A DNA stretch of 62,992 bases, the filler included, from Octopus bimaculoides (Eukaryota), in the NCBI RefSeq assembly GCF_001194135.2. It is 7 parts of 6 records of this genome, joined end to end, with 100 filler letters (N's around TTAATTAATTAA, not from the genome) between each part and the next. Parts side by side here need not be neighbours in the genome. Positions count along the whole stretch, not along the records: positions 47,961 to 60,520 come from NC_068996.1; positions 60,621 to 62,992 come from NC_068989.1; 5 more parts are not named here. One strand, 5' to 3'. The notes under the pieces were generated by a model. It was not told the origin of the DNA and made no database searches. It saw only the letters and a list, made by a program, of their open reading frames with translations. Positions 50,292 to 62,992 of the stretch are shown piece by piece. Position numbers and translations under genes: made by a program. Positions within the stretch are counted from its first letter, which is position 1. Every line of letters starts with the position of its first letter.

Positions 50292-51110
50292 NNNNNNNNN
50301 NNNNNNNNNNNNNNNNNNNNNNNNNNNNNNNNNNNNNNNNNNNNNNNNNNNNNNNNNNNNNNNNNNNNNNNNNNNNNNNNNNNNNNNNNNNNNNNNNNNN
50401 NNNNNNNNNNNNNNNNNNNNNNNNNNNNNNNNNNNNNNNNNNNNNNNNNNNNNNNNNNNNNNNNNNNNNNNNNNNNNNNNNNNNNNNNNNNNNNNNNNNN
50501 NNNNNNNNNNNNNNNNNNNNNNNNNNNNNNNNNNNNNNNNNNNNNNNNNNNNNNNNNNNNNNNNNNNNNNNNNNNNNNNNNNNNNNNNNNNNNNNNNNNN
50601 NNNNNNNNNNNNNNNNNNNNNNNNNNNNNNNNNNNNNNNNNNNNNNNNNNNNNNNNNNNNNNNNNNNNNNNNNNNNNNNNNNNNNNNNNNNNNNNNNNNN
50701 NNNNNNNNNNNNNNNNNNNNNNNNNNNNNNNNNNNNNNNNNNNNNNNNNNNNNNNNNNNNNNNNNNNNNNNNNNNNNNNNNNNNNNNNNNNNNNNNNNNN
50801 NNNNNNNNNNNNNNNNNNNNNNNNNNNNNNNNNNNNNNNNNNNNNNNNNNNNNNNNNNNNNNNNNNNNNNNNNNNNNNNNNNNNNNNNNNNNNNNNNNNN
50901 NNNNNNNNNNNNNNNNNNNNNNNNNNNNNNNNNNNNNNNNNNNNNNNNNNNNNNNNNNNNNNNNNNNNNNNNNNNNNNNNNNNNNNNNNNNNNNNNNNNN
51001 NNNNNNNNNNNNNNNNNNNNNNNNNNNNNNNNNNNNNNNNNNNNNNNNNNNNNNNNNNNNNNNNNNNNNNNNNNNNNNNNNNNNNNNNNNNNNNNNNNNN
51101 NNNNNNNNNN

Positions 51111-51395
51111 GCCAGTGCCCCTGGACTGGCTCTTGTGCGGGTGGCACATAAAATACACCATTTTGAGCATGGCCATTGCCAGTACCACCTGACTGACCTT
51201 CGTGCGGGTGGCATGTAAAAGCACCCACTACACTCTCTGAGTGGTTGGCGTTAGGAAGGGCATCCAGCTGTAGAAACTCTGCCAAATCAGATTGGAGCCT
51301 GGTGTAACCATCTGGTTTCACCAGTCCTCAGTCAAATCGTCCAACCCATGCTAGCATGGAAAACGGACGTTAAACAATGATGATGATGATGATGA
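51111..51395 (+). mobile_element. RTE 3' UTR/tail with (GAT)n
   Basis: Same tail as 9135-9320. Confidence 0.85.
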
Positions 51396-51400
51396 TATAT

Positions 51401-51442
<42 letters not shown>

Positions 51443-51464
51443 GCATATATATGTATACATCATC

Positions 51465-51808
51465 ATCATCATCATCTTTTAATGTCCTCCTTCCATGATG
51501 GCATGGGTTGGACGGTTTAATAGGAGCTGACCAAGTGGAAGCATGTGCCTAGCTTCCTTGTCTGTTTTGGCAAGGTTTTTTATAGCTGGATGCCCTTCCA
51601 AATGCCAATCACTTTACAGTGTGGACTTGATGCTTTTTACCTGGCATCAGCACTGGCAGGGTCACCAAGTAACTTGCAAGACAAAGATCCTTTGAGAGGT
51701 GAGGGAGCATTGGAGCAGGTGATGTTGTGTCAGATGATAAATGGTTAGAGTGTGACAGAGAGACAGAAACAGGTGTCTTGTTGTAGAGGAGATACATGGT
51801 TAGCTGGT

Positions 51809-51810
<2 letters not shown>
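51465..51810 (-). mobile_element. RTE 3' UTR/tail in the opposite orientation
   Basis: The reverse complement matches 55260-55720 (gtcttgcaagttacttggtgacc) and ends in (GAT)n. Confidence 0.75.
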
Positions 51811-51888
<78 letters not shown>

Positions 51889-52054
51889 GAAGGAGAGAGA
51901 GAGAGAGAAAGAGAGAGAGAAATGGGGAGAGAAGGTTAACAAGAAAGAGGGCAGGATAAATGCGTGCACACATACACACACATACACACACGTACACACA
52001 CACACACGTACACACACACACATACATACATTCATACACATGTATGTTAAGTTT

Positions 52055-53850
52055 CTTTGTAGTTTCTGTCTGCCAAATCGTTTAACAAGGCTTGTGTCAG
52101 TCCAGGGGCTATAGAAGACAACACTTGCCTAAGGTTCCGCGAAATGGGGGGAAACTGGACAGGACCAAACTTGGAACCATGCGGTCGCAAAGCAAAACTT
52201 CTTTACCACAGGGCCACGCCTGTGCCTACGTATCGTTATATTAATATGTATTATTTCAATAAAACACGATTCAAAACTACAAAAGGATGATTAATGGTGA
52301 ATAACAAAAAGTACTTTTTGACACCATGCATGAAATTAAATAGAACAGTATGATTTGAATGCATTAATGAATCACATTGCAAAGAAACGGTTCAACACAC
52401 TTGTTCTTCATTGGTAAAAAAAAATTCCACATTAGAACTATCATTGATAGAGAACTATCAACTACTTAAATAATGTCAAAAGGATGGACTATGTACTTCC
52501 AAATAGACCAGTTGGAGGTGATTCTTTATAAATTTTCATTTATTACTTTTAATTACAATTCATTTGTGTTGTTCTCTTAATAATTTTTCTTTTTTTTGTG
52601 TGTGTGTTTGTATTATCTCTTAAGTTGAAATTTGAATTTGTAAAAAGAAAATTGAATGGTCTTTTGTTAGAATACTCAATTAATGTGAAGCAAAAAAAAA
52701 TCCTGGAATCCATTAAAATTACAAGAAAATTACAAGTTACTGTTGCAAAATTAGAAAGAAAAATCTCGATGTCTTTTATGTTTTACTTGTTTCCATTATT
52801 AGACTGTGGCCATGCTGGGGCACCATCTTGAAAAAGTTTAGTCAAATGAATTGACCCAGTACTTATATATATATATTTTGTTTGAAGTCTGGTTCTTATT
52901 TTATCAATCTCTTTTGCTAAACTGCTAAGTTACAGGGATGTAAGCACTCCAACATTGGTTGTCAAGCAGTGGTAGACACACACACACACACATGCACGCA
53001 CGTGCACACACACACACACATCAGTTACAGTTACGGTGGCGAACTGGCAGAAACGTTAGCACGCCGGGCGAAATACTTGGCGGTATTTCGTCTGCCGCTA
53101 CGCATTGAGTTCAAATTCTGCCAAGGTCGACTTTGCCTTTCATCCTTTCAGGGTCGATTAAATTAGTACCAGTTACGCACTGGGGTTGATATAATCGACT
53201 TAATCCGTTTATCTGTCCTTGTTTGTCCCCTCTGTGTGTAGCCCCTTGTGGGCAATAAAGAAATAACACACATCAGTTGCAGTAAACATATCTAAAGGCA
53301 CAAGAATTAAAGAAGAAAAGAAAAAAACCCACCTAAAAATCAAATAAAATACATGTGAAAATATGTACAAATCCCTTAATTCTTTTCTACTCAAAGCACA
53401 AGGCCTGAGTACAAATCATTTATTAAAACAGATAGGGGATAATAAATTTTTTTTGTATTATGTTATTCTTTTAGTCTTCAACGTGTTTCAGTCATTTGAC
53501 TGCAGCCATGCTGGAGCACTGCCTTAATGGGTTTCAGTCAAAGAAATCAACCCCAGGACCTATTCTTTGTAAGCCTAGCATTTATTCTATCAGTCTCTTT
53601 TGCTGAACTGCTAAGTTACAAGGGATGTAAACACACCATTATTGGTTGTCAAGCGATGGTTGGACACCCCCTCCACACACACACATACACACAATGGGCT
53701 TCTTCCAGTTTCCATGTACCTAATCCAATCACAACGATTTGGCTGGTTTGAGGCTATAGTAGAAGACACTTTCCCAAGATGCCATGCAATGGAACTGAAC
53801 CAGGAACCATATGGTTGGGAAGTAAACTTCTTACCACATAGCCACGCCTT
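52055..53850. mobile_element. SINE pile: CORE-type pieces (52055-52210, 52785-52990, 53490-53850, minus) and a Nin-type tail-B copy (53035-53266, plus)
   Basis: Each piece matches the reference copies at 21418 or 17869/39135. Confidence 0.8.
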
Positions 53851-54144
53851 TGCTTCATAAGGATAAATAAATAAATGAATAAATAAATAAAAAGGTGGAA
53901 TGGTCACTGTTTGAACCTTTCCATTCTTGCTTAATGGTCAAACTTGAAAAATTTCAAAATCAAAAAACAAAAAGTTTCTCATTCTATAAAAAAGACATGA
54001 TGGTCAATGGCTGGTTGATTTGACCATATTTTAGTGCCTGTGCTAAGAAGAAAGTGCTTTTGAATTTGTTTTGGCAAATCTCATTGTTGTTTGTTCCAAA
54101 GAATTTTTTCTTAAATTCCTTCAAATTGGTTATAATTGGATTTC

Positions 54145-54191
<47 letters not shown>

Positions 54192-54221
54192 TGTATGTGT
54201 GTGTGTGTGTATGCATGTGTA

Positions 54222-55730
54222 GGGTGTGCAATGTCAGTGTGCATGTACGACAAAGTGCAACTGTGTTGAGAGAAAAGTTGAGTGTAAGAGGAATCAGATG
54301 CAGAGTGCAAGAGAGAAGACTACATTGGTTTGGACATGTGATGTGTGAATGAAGCCAGCTGTATAAAGAAGTGCCAATCACTGAAAGTGGATGGTGCCTG
54401 TAGAAGAGGGAGACCCAAGAAGACATGGGATGAAGTGGTAAGGATTGATCTCAGGAAGTTGGGCCTCTTGGAGGAAATGACAATGGACTGAGAGGTCTGG
54501 TGATATGAAGTTCTTGAGAAGACCTGCCCACATCAGTGAAATTGAGTTCTAGAAGTGCTGTGTATCCCACCCACACTTAACAAGAAATCTTCTCACACAC
54601 TCTACCACAACAAAACCAAACTACGTCTCTACATCTCTTCTCTTCCTCACATTTCCGCTTCATGTACCATGATAACCACCCAATCCTGTCCTCTTGGCCC
54701 TGTACCACTGTATCATTGCTCTCTGCTTGCTTCCGACCTGTGTGTTCTACCCACATGCCCTGTCTCACTCTATTATTGCTATCTGTTAGTCTCAGACCTG
54801 GGTGTTCCACCCACACATAACAAGTAAATTTTCCCTCACCCTAACCCAACAAACCAAACTACATCTCTCCTCTTCCTCACGTTTCCTTTTTTTCGTGCAC
54901 TATGCTTACTTTTTGCTCCCCAGTCCTTTACTCACTGCCCTGCTCACTGTATCATTGCCATCATATAGTCCCCACCCTCACTATACACCCAGTTCTCATT
55001 TCCTACCCCAAAAATTCTTTGCAGCCATTTGATTGTCTCTACTCCCTATTCATGTACTTTGCCAATACTCCTGCACCTTGAGGGTATACCCAGGCACTTC
55101 ACCATCATCTGTCTCTCTCGTGCCCTACTCAACCATCCCATTTATATTCTGATCCCTGTTCCTTGTGAGTATGCCCTGGCACTTCACCACCATCTCTCTC
55201 CTGTTCACTCTTGCACGCTTGTTCTCTTCTACTCTCTCTCTTTCTCTTTCTCTTCTCTCTGGCTGGCAAACCATGTATCTCCTCTACAGCACCACACCTG
55301 TTTTCGTCCTTGTTCTTAATCACTCTCTCTCTCTCTCTCTCTCCTCTTCTTTTCCCACTGAGGTAGCCATGTATTTCCCCTACACCAAAACACCTGTTCC
55401 TGCTCCCTCTATCATGCTTTAGCTTCTCATCACCTGGCACAAAGCCACCTTACTCAATACTACTCCCTCCATCCTGAGTTGAGTGGATTTTGTCTTGCAA
55501 GTTACTTGGTGACCTCACTAGTTCTGATACCACAAACAAAAAAAAAAGACCCTGTATACACTGTGAAGTTGTTGACTTTAGGAAGGATATCCAACCATAG
55601 CAACCATGTCCAAGCAGACAGTAGAATCTAACACAGTTCTCTGGCTTGCCAGCTCTGGACAAACTCTCCAACCCAGGATAGCACAGAAAATGGATGTTAA
55701 ATTGTGATGATGATGATGATGATGATCGTG
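54222..55730 (+). mobile_element. RTE-clade LINE C-terminus with a long 3' UTR and (GAT)n tail
   Basis: CNVSVHVRQSATVLREKLSVRGIRCRVQERRLHWFGHVM..KKCQSLKVDG..RGRPKKTWDEVV; same family as 8230-9320. Confidence 0.85.
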
Positions 55731-55736
55731 ATGTTT

Positions 55737-55773
<37 letters not shown>

Positions 55774-55844
55774 GGAGGAGGAGGAGGATGATGATGAGGA
55801 TGATGATGTGATATGGGTTTGAATTTCAATATATATAGATGCAT

Positions 55845-55999
55845 GCGTGGCTGTGTGATAAGAAGCTTGTTTACCAACCACATGGTTCCAGGTTCAGTCC
55901 CACTGCATGGCACCTTGGGCAAGTGTCTTCTACTATAGCCTTTGGCTGCCCAAAGCCTTGTGAGTGTATTTGGTAGACGGAAACCGAAAGAAGCCCATC

Positions 56000-56082
<83 letters not shown>

Positions 56083-56316
56083 TTGTGTGTGCGTGTGTAT
56101 TTGTGTGTGTGTGTGTGTGTGTGTGTGTCCAACCATCACTTGACAACCGATGTTGGTGTGTTTATGTACCCCCGTAACTTAGCAGTTTGGCAAAAGAGAC
56201 TGGTAGAATAAGTATTAGGCTTACAAAGAATAAGTTCTGGGGTCGATTTGCTTGACTAAAGGTGGTACTCCAGCATGGCCACAGTTAAATGACTAAAACA
56301 AGTAAAAGCATAAAAG
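55845..56316 (+). mobile_element. Full-length CORE-type SINE with an expanded internal (TG)n
   Basis: Both halves align to 21418-21842. Confidence 0.9.
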
Positions 56317-56374
56317 AATTTATATATGCACACACACACACACACATACATGTATGTACATATATGTAAGGCAT

Positions 56375-56672
56375 AAAAACCCCCTTCGGTCATTAATGAC
56401 CATGGGATTGAACCTAGAAAGTTCCCTTCTGAGGTGCAAGTCTAAGCAAGGTTGTTTTATGCTGTCATCCATGCATACCAGCCTTCCCTTTCCATGCTAC
56501 CAGTGTTATCCAAGGGAAAGGCAAAGGGGCCGATACAGTTTGGCACCTGTGACGTCGCAACTCATTTCTACAACTGAGTGAACTGGAGCAATGTGAAATA
56601 AAGTGTCTTGCTCAAGAACACAACATGCAACCCAGTCCAGGATTTGAACTCACAACCTCATGATTGTGAGCT
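56375..56672 (-). mobile_element. Third-type SINE body with a different tail (T2)
   Basis: The reverse complement reads GAGTTCAAATCC..TTGAGCAAGACACTTTATTTCACATTGCTCCAGTTCACTCAG, then an unrelated tail ending CCCATGGTCATTAATGACCGAAGGGGG. Confidence 0.8.
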
Positions 56673-57124
56673 AATATTACACTGTGTGTGCATGTGTGTA
56701 TGTGTGTGTGTGTGTGCGCGCATGTAAGTGTGTATGTGCATGCGTGTGTGTACATGCACACACATGCATGCACACATAAATACATAAAGTAAGTGTGAAG
56801 TTAGCCTATAGTTTGTAATTCTAGAATAATTATGAAGAGACAGATTCAAAGTTTTCTTTGAAGGGAGACAGGTGATGGCGCTGAGAAGTTAATGAGTGGG
56901 CAACCAGCCTTATATCAGGATAATCTTCATATTGTTCTGTGTATGAAGAGAATACCAAGATGTATTCAAAACTATATTTCCCACAGCATACAATTATAAA
57001 TTATAGGCTGACTACATTAAATGCATTTTATATATTTCTGGGACACTGTGTATTCCATATATATGTGCGTGTGTGTAAGTGTGTGTGTGTGTGTGTGAAT
57101 ATGTGTATGTATATATATATATAC

Positions 57125-57311
57125 TCTTTTACTTGTTTCAGTCATTTGACTGCAGCCATGCTGGAGCACCACCTTTACTCAAGCAAATCGACCCCAGGAC
57201 TTATTCTTTGAAAGCCTAGTAATTATTCTATCAGTCTCTTTTTGCCGAACCGCTAAGTTATGGGGACGTAAACACACCACCATCGGTTGTCAAGCAATGG
57301 TGGGGGGACAA

Positions 57312-57368
<57 letters not shown>

Positions 57369-57723
57369 NNNNNNNNNNNNNNNNNNNNNNNNNNNNNNNN
57401 NNNNNNNNNNNNNNNNNNNNNNNNNNNNNNNNNNNNNNNNNNNNNNNNNNNNNNNNNNNNNNNNNNNNNNNNNNNNNNNNNNNNNNNNNNNNNNNNNNNN
57501 NNNNNNNNNNNNNNNNNNNNNNNNNNNNNNNNNNNNNNNNNNNNNNNNNNATATATATATATATATATATACGACGGGCTTCTTTCAGTTTCCGTCTACC
57601 AAATCCACTCACAAGGCTTTGGCCGGCCCGAGGCTATAGTAGAAGACACTTGCCCAAGGTACCACGCAGTGGGTCTGAACCCGGAACTATGGTAACGCAA
57701 GCTACTTACCACACAGCCACTCC
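57125..57723 (-). mobile_element. Full CORE-type SINE spanning a gap in its internal (TA)n
   Basis: Both halves are present on either side of the N run. Confidence 0.9.
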
Positions 57724-58176
57724 TATTATATATTATACGTGTGTGATTATATGTATGGAAAACATTTCAAAACATCTCACGTGTTATTAACAAAAAATAA
57801 TTTATAGATGCATATGCGCAATGCACATGTGTGTGTGTGCATGTGCATGTGTGTGTGTGTGCTTGTATGCTTGTGTGTGTTTGTGTGCATGTGCACGAAA
57901 CATTTCAAAAATCTCTGGAGTGTTATTAATGAAGATGATATCACAATATCCAGTATCTTGGATATTGTGATATCATCTATAGTAGGGGAAAATATACAAT
58001 TAAAAGAAAGGGAAAAAGATGGTCTAGTTTTCTATCTAACAATATAATGCAAAATGGAAAATGTGAATCTTACCAGCTAACATGCATATATGAATGTATG
58101 TATTTAGATATGTATGTATGTATATCTATATATCTACAGCTATCTATCTATATATATCTATATATCTATAGATAGA

Positions 58177-58208
<32 letters not shown>

Positions 58209-58294
58209 TAGATAGATATGTATGTAAATATATGTATGTGTGTATGTATATACACACACACATACACACACACATACACACATATATATATTCT

Positions 58295-58779
58295 TTTATT
58301 CTTTTGCTTGTTTCAGTCATTTTGACTGTGGCCATGCTGGAGCACCACCTTTAGTCGAGCAAATCGACCCCAGGACTTATTCTTTGTAAGCCTAGTACTT
58401 ATTCTGTCGGTCTCTTTTGCCGAGCTGCTAAGTTACAGAGATGTAAACACACCAACATCGGTTGTCAAGCGATGGTGGTAGGGACAAACACAGACACACA
58501 AATACATACATACATATATAGACGACAACTGATGAAGGGTTAAACTCTTTATGTTGCATGTCTCATTTCTCAGTTTGTTTTTTCGTTGTTCGAAAATAGT
58601 TTGTTTTCTGTTTTTGTCTTTATGTTTTCGTTTCTCATTGTGTTTAACGTTTTTTTGATGTCTTGTACCCATGTATGCATGTATGTATACATATAGATGT
58701 AGTTATGTACATATATGTATGGATATATGCATATATTTATATATTATTTATGTTATTATATATTATTTATGTTATGTTA

Positions 58780-58818
<39 letters not shown>

Positions 58819-58978
58819 CAATGGGCTTCCTTCAGTTTCCGTCAACCAAATCCATTCACAAGGCTTTGGTCGGGCCAAGGCTATAGTAGAAGACACTTGC
58901 CCAAGGTGCCATGCAGTGGGACTGAACCTAGAACCATGAGGTGGGGAAACAAGCTTCTTACCACATAGCCACTCCTGT
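58295..58978 (-). mobile_element. CORE-type SINE split by a ~150-bp insertion and microsatellites
   Basis: 3' half at 58295-58500, 5' half at 58820-58978, and unrelated sequence at 58520-58670. Confidence 0.8.
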
Positions 58979-59037
58979 ACCATACAGTCTCTCATATAGG
59001 ATATGTATATGCACATACACATATCTTGTAAGAGATT

Positions 59038-59073
<36 letters not shown>

Positions 59074-59783
59074 AAGAGAGAGAAGGAAACGGAAACATAT
59101 CTGAGTTTGTGTATGTATCATGATAATTCACCATAATCATCATCATGATTCACCTTTTCATGCTTGCATGTGTCAGACGGTATTTATCGAGTCAGATTTT
59201 CAATGGTGAGATGCTCTTCCTGTCAGCAAGCCTCATCTGTTTGCATGCAAGGTAACATTTCCCTATGGTCAGATATTTCCTTGCAGAATATTGGAAATGA
59301 TCGAAATGAATGACAATCCTTATGTCAGAAATTCTTTTATTAACCACAGAAGCAGTCTTAGTTCAAAACTAGCAATCTGTGTATATATACTATTGAAGGC
59401 CTTTGAAATTGCAGTGCTTGTCTTGTAATGTATTTCTTATGGATGTTTATGTGTCAAAAACACAGAAAAAGTAATGTTAATTAGAAATTTTTGTTTGGCC
59501 TATCAGTAAAATGCTACAATGGTAAACTTTCAATCAATATTTAACTATATCAGTCACCAGTCAATGTTTGCTTGACATGAGATGACGTAGATATTTGCTT
59601 CTGATGAAGCTAACAAGCAGAAATCATCATTCAACAATTTCATCAAAATGTCTAGTAGCCTTCACCTGCTACTGATTTTTTACATGTTTTTAACACCATA
59701 TATCTATAAGAGATACTTTTCCAAGATAAATACTGCACTTTCAAAGGCTTTCATGTTACACACACTTTACATATGGTATATAG

Positions 59784-60134
59784 CAGGGGTTCTCAACTAT
59801 TTTCTATCTATGGACCCCTTTAATTACTATATCATTCTGGTGGGATCCCATAACTATTCAATGTTTAAAAACTAGTTTTATAGAAATGTCTTTCAAAATC
59901 CTTGTTTTGTTTTTCTTACACATTAACTTGTCTAGGTTGAACTATGTAAAATGCTAGAGAAAGAAACCTAGCTGTTTCTTGTAATACATACCAATACATA
60001 CATATAAAGCAAAATTTTTTCAGGGGCCGTTAAAATACTATTGCGGATCCCCAATTTACTATTTTATTGTGTGGACACCACAAAATCTTATATGGACCCT
60101 CAGGGGTTACATCGGCCCCGGTTCAGAACCACTG
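59784..60134. mobile_element. hAT-superfamily MITE (351 bp)
   Basis: TIRs CAGGGGTTCTCAAC / CAGTGGTTCTGAAC (12/14), with 8-bp flanks gtatatag / gtatactg (6/8, TSD-like). Confidence 0.8.
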
Positions 60135-60620
60135 GTATACTGGTTGCTAATACACACACACACGCACAGAGATAGGTTTCTTTATTAGCCACACAAGGCT
60201 CAACACAGAGGGGACAAAATACAAATGTAGAGTTTTTTTTTTCAAGGGGGTCGAAAACAAAGCAGAAAAAAAAAAAAAATGGGGACAACGATGAAAAAAA
60301 CATCGCAAAACATTTGGGGTATTTACAAAAAATACGAAATAATACAGAAAATTCCCAATAAATGGGGAGGTTATCCGTGGAAAGAAAAACCTACGAAAAG
60401 ACCACGGTAACCTCGGTCCTTAGTGTCACAGTTTGTTAAATAAAATTCCTTTTATTTATGCAAGAAACGTAAGTAACTCTCTGTTTACCAAATTTTAAAA
60501 CGTTTTATAGAATCATGGTCNNNNNNNNNNNNNNNNNNNNNNNNNNNNNNNNNNNNNNNNNNNNTTAATTAATTAANNNNNNNNNNNNNNNNNNNNNNNN
60601 NNNNNNNNNNNNNNNNNNNN

Positions 60621-60750
60621 CAGGACTTATTCTTTGTAAGCCTAGCACTTATTCTATCGGTCCCTTTTGCCGAAACGCTAATGTTACGGGGACGTAAACA
60701 CACCAGCATCGGTTGTCAAGCGATGGTGGGGGACAAACACAGACACACAA

Positions 60751-60785
<35 letters not shown>

Positions 60786-60951
60786 CATATATACAACGGG
60801 CTTCTTTCAGTTTCCGTCTACCATATCCACTCACAAGGCTTTGGTCGGCCCGAGGCTATAGTAGAAGACACTTGCCCAAGGTGCCACGCAGTGGGACTGA
60901 ACCCATGACCATGTGGTTGGTAAGTAAGCTACTTACCACACAGCCACTCCT
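60621..60951 (-). mobile_element. CORE-type SINE, 3' end in the gap
   Basis: Aligns to 21418-21842. Confidence 0.9.
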
Positions 60952-61149
60952 GTTAATAAAAAATTAAATAATTAAAGGAAAATTAGAAAAAAATAAAGGA
61001 ACAATTAAAAAAATTAAATAGTTGGAGCGAGATTAGAAAAAAATAAATAAAGGAACAATTAAAAAAACTAAACAAAGGAATATTTAAAAAGATGAAGGAA
61101 TACACTACCCAATACCTTCCGCATGAGGTAAGACTTGTCATAATAATAA

Positions 61150-61358
61150 TCCTTTCTACTATAGGCACAAGGCCTGAAATTTGAGGGGAGGGAGTCAGTC
61201 GATTAGATCGACTTCAGTACGCAACTGGTACTTAATATATCGATCCCGAAAGGATAAAAGGTAAAGTCGACCTAGTCGAAATTTGAACTCAGAACATAGC
61301 GACGGGCGAAATACCGCCAAGTATTTCATCCGGCCTGCTATCGATTCTGCCACCTCAC
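61150..61358 (-). mobile_element. Full Nin-type SINE (tail A)
   Basis: Reverse-complement match to the 17869 copy, including the B-box GAGTTCAAATTTC. Confidence 0.85.
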
Positions 61359-61734
61359 TACATTGTCATAATGATAATTTCTTTTATTAGCCACAGGTGA
61401 ATGGATGAGGTGGGCCTCACAAAGCAGTCAACGATTTGTGTGAGGATTTACTTAGCAGATGAGGAGAAAGAAATGGAAAAGATAGCGATAAACGATAAAA
61501 AAAGTATACATACTTTATAGTATGAAATAACTTGAGTGACGCAGTCATCCATCTTTGCACAAATTCACTGCGAGGTAGCATTTCCATTTCTACTCTCGCT
61601 TTCCTTCCCAAGTGGAAGCTAAAAAATGGCGATTGAGCACCTGACCAAAGAAGGAGGTGTCTTTCCGCAATCCTTTCTGCTTCGTTCACCACACAGCCTC
61701 TTTCGCCATGGTCATTAGACAAATGAACACCGCT

Positions 61735-62119
61735 GTTGTTGGCACTCCGTCGCTTACGACGTCGAGGGTTCCAGTGGATCCGATCAACGGAACAGCCTGC
61801 TCGTGAAATTAACGTGCAAGTGGCTGAGCACTCCACAGACACGTGTACCCTTAACGTAGTTCTTGGGGATATTCAGCGTGACACAGTGTGTGACAAGGCT
61901 GACCCTTTGAATTACAGGCACAACAGAAACAGGAAGTAAGAGTGGGAGAAAGTTGTGGTGAAAGAGTACAGCAGGGTTCGCCACCATCCCCTGCCAGAGC
62001 CTCGTGGAACTTTAGGTGTTTTCGCTCAAGAAACACTCACAACGCTCGGTCTGGGAATCGAAACCACGATCCTATGACCGCGAGTTCGCTGCCCTAGCCA
62101 CTGGGCCATTGCGCCTCCA
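61735..62119 (-). mobile_element. SINE with a distinct head/body and tail T1
   Basis: Head TGGAGGCGCAATGGCCCAGTGG..GGTTTCGATTCCC, a unique middle, and a tail shared with 24648 (CAAAGGG.CAGC..AACTACGTTAAGGGTAC..CACGTTAATTTCACGAGCAGG..GATCGGATC). Confidence 0.85.
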
Positions 62120-62154
62120 CAAACACTGCTGTAACAACAACAACAATAATAATT

Positions 62155-62308
62155 ATTTCTACTGGAAGCACAAGGGAAGTGATTAAGTCGATTACATCGA
62201 CCTCAGTTTTCAACTGGTACCTATCTTATTGATCCCTGAAAGGATGAAAAGCAAAGCCGACCTCGGCGGAATTTAACAACAACAACAACAATAATAATAA
62301 TAATAATA

Positions 62309-62394
<86 letters not shown>

Positions 62395-62721
62395 TAATAA
62401 TGATAATAATAATAACCCTTTCTACTAAAGGCAAAAGGCCTGAAATTTGAGAGGAGTGCACTAGTTGATTATATCGATCCCAGTGTTTCACTGGTACTTA
62501 ATTTATCGACCCCGAAAGAATGAAAGTTAAAGTCGACCTCGGTGGAATTTAACAACAACAACAACAACAACAACAATAATAATAATAAATACTTCCTACT
62601 AAAGGCACAAGGCCTGAAATTTGAGAGAAGTGGACTAGTTGATTACATCGACACCAGTGTTTCACTGGTACTTATCGATCCCGAAAGGATGAAAGGCAGA
62701 GTCGACCTCGGCGGAATTTAA
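62155..62721 (-). repeat. Three head-less Nin-SINE units chained by (ATT)n/(GTT)n
   Basis: Units end at 62274, 62550 and 62719, each at ..GGAATTT|AAC(AAC/AAT)n. Confidence 0.85.
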
Positions 62722-62940
62722 CAATAATAATGATAATAATGATAATAACAATAATAATAATATTAATAACAATGCTGACTCACCGAATAATTTGATTAGT
62801 TATTGTAGCAATACAAAAACAAGAACCAATAGCAAATATATTTTGTGTAAACGGCTTTTTTACCGCTGTGCCTTTTACTACCCAATAATGAAAAGTAGTA
62901 ATCACTCAGTTACAAAGCAGAAGAAAAGTTTATTTACAAT

Positions 62941-62992
<52 letters not shown>

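Noticed and set aside
51295-51335. Minus-strand CTGAGGA..GAAACC-AGAT-GGTT in the RTE tail
   Set aside because: Only 5 nt lie between the core halves, so there is no stem II, and there is no stem I.
59598-59640. CTGATGA-AGCT-AACA-AGCA-GAAA hammerhead-like core
   Set aside because: There is no stem I pairing and stems II and III are marginal, consistent with chance.
61600-61735. Peptide AERIAERHLLLW resembling a HERO/R2 C-terminus
   Set aside because: The match is too short and has no flanking RLE motifs.
47961-62721. CRISPR-like repeat arrays
   Set aside because: The context is eukaryotic, the repeats derive from SINE and LINE tails, and there are no unique constant-length spacers or cas genes.

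Overview
This is a eukaryotic, AT-rich, microsatellite-saturated window. The SINE and LINE families suggest an octopus-type cephalopod (inference). I could not support any host protein-coding gene; nearly all ORFs in the track are microsatellite- or N-gap artefacts. Supported content: (1) a minus-strand cluster of four tRNA-Pro genes (UGG, CGG, AGG, AGG) at 39.5-41.3 kb that share a positioned upstream motif; (2) a nested stack of decayed transposons at 1-12.4 kb: a Penelope-like element, two Naiad-like PLE pieces, a Gypsy integrase, an internally deleted mariner, an RTE LINE and a Tx1/L1 fragment; (3) three recognisable type-I hammerhead ribozyme motifs in PLE termini, two of them bracketing a 150-bp fold-back; (4) dozens of tRNA-derived SINE copies with shuffled head, body and tail modules; (5) hAT and fold-back MITEs, further mariner and RTE remnants, and an RLE-type non-LTR remnant inside the tRNA cluster. 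Six 100-bp N44-TTAATTAATTAA-N44 linkers are assembly joins, so adjacency across them is unproven. TE boundaries were read by eye and are approximate unless a TIR or TSD is quoted.
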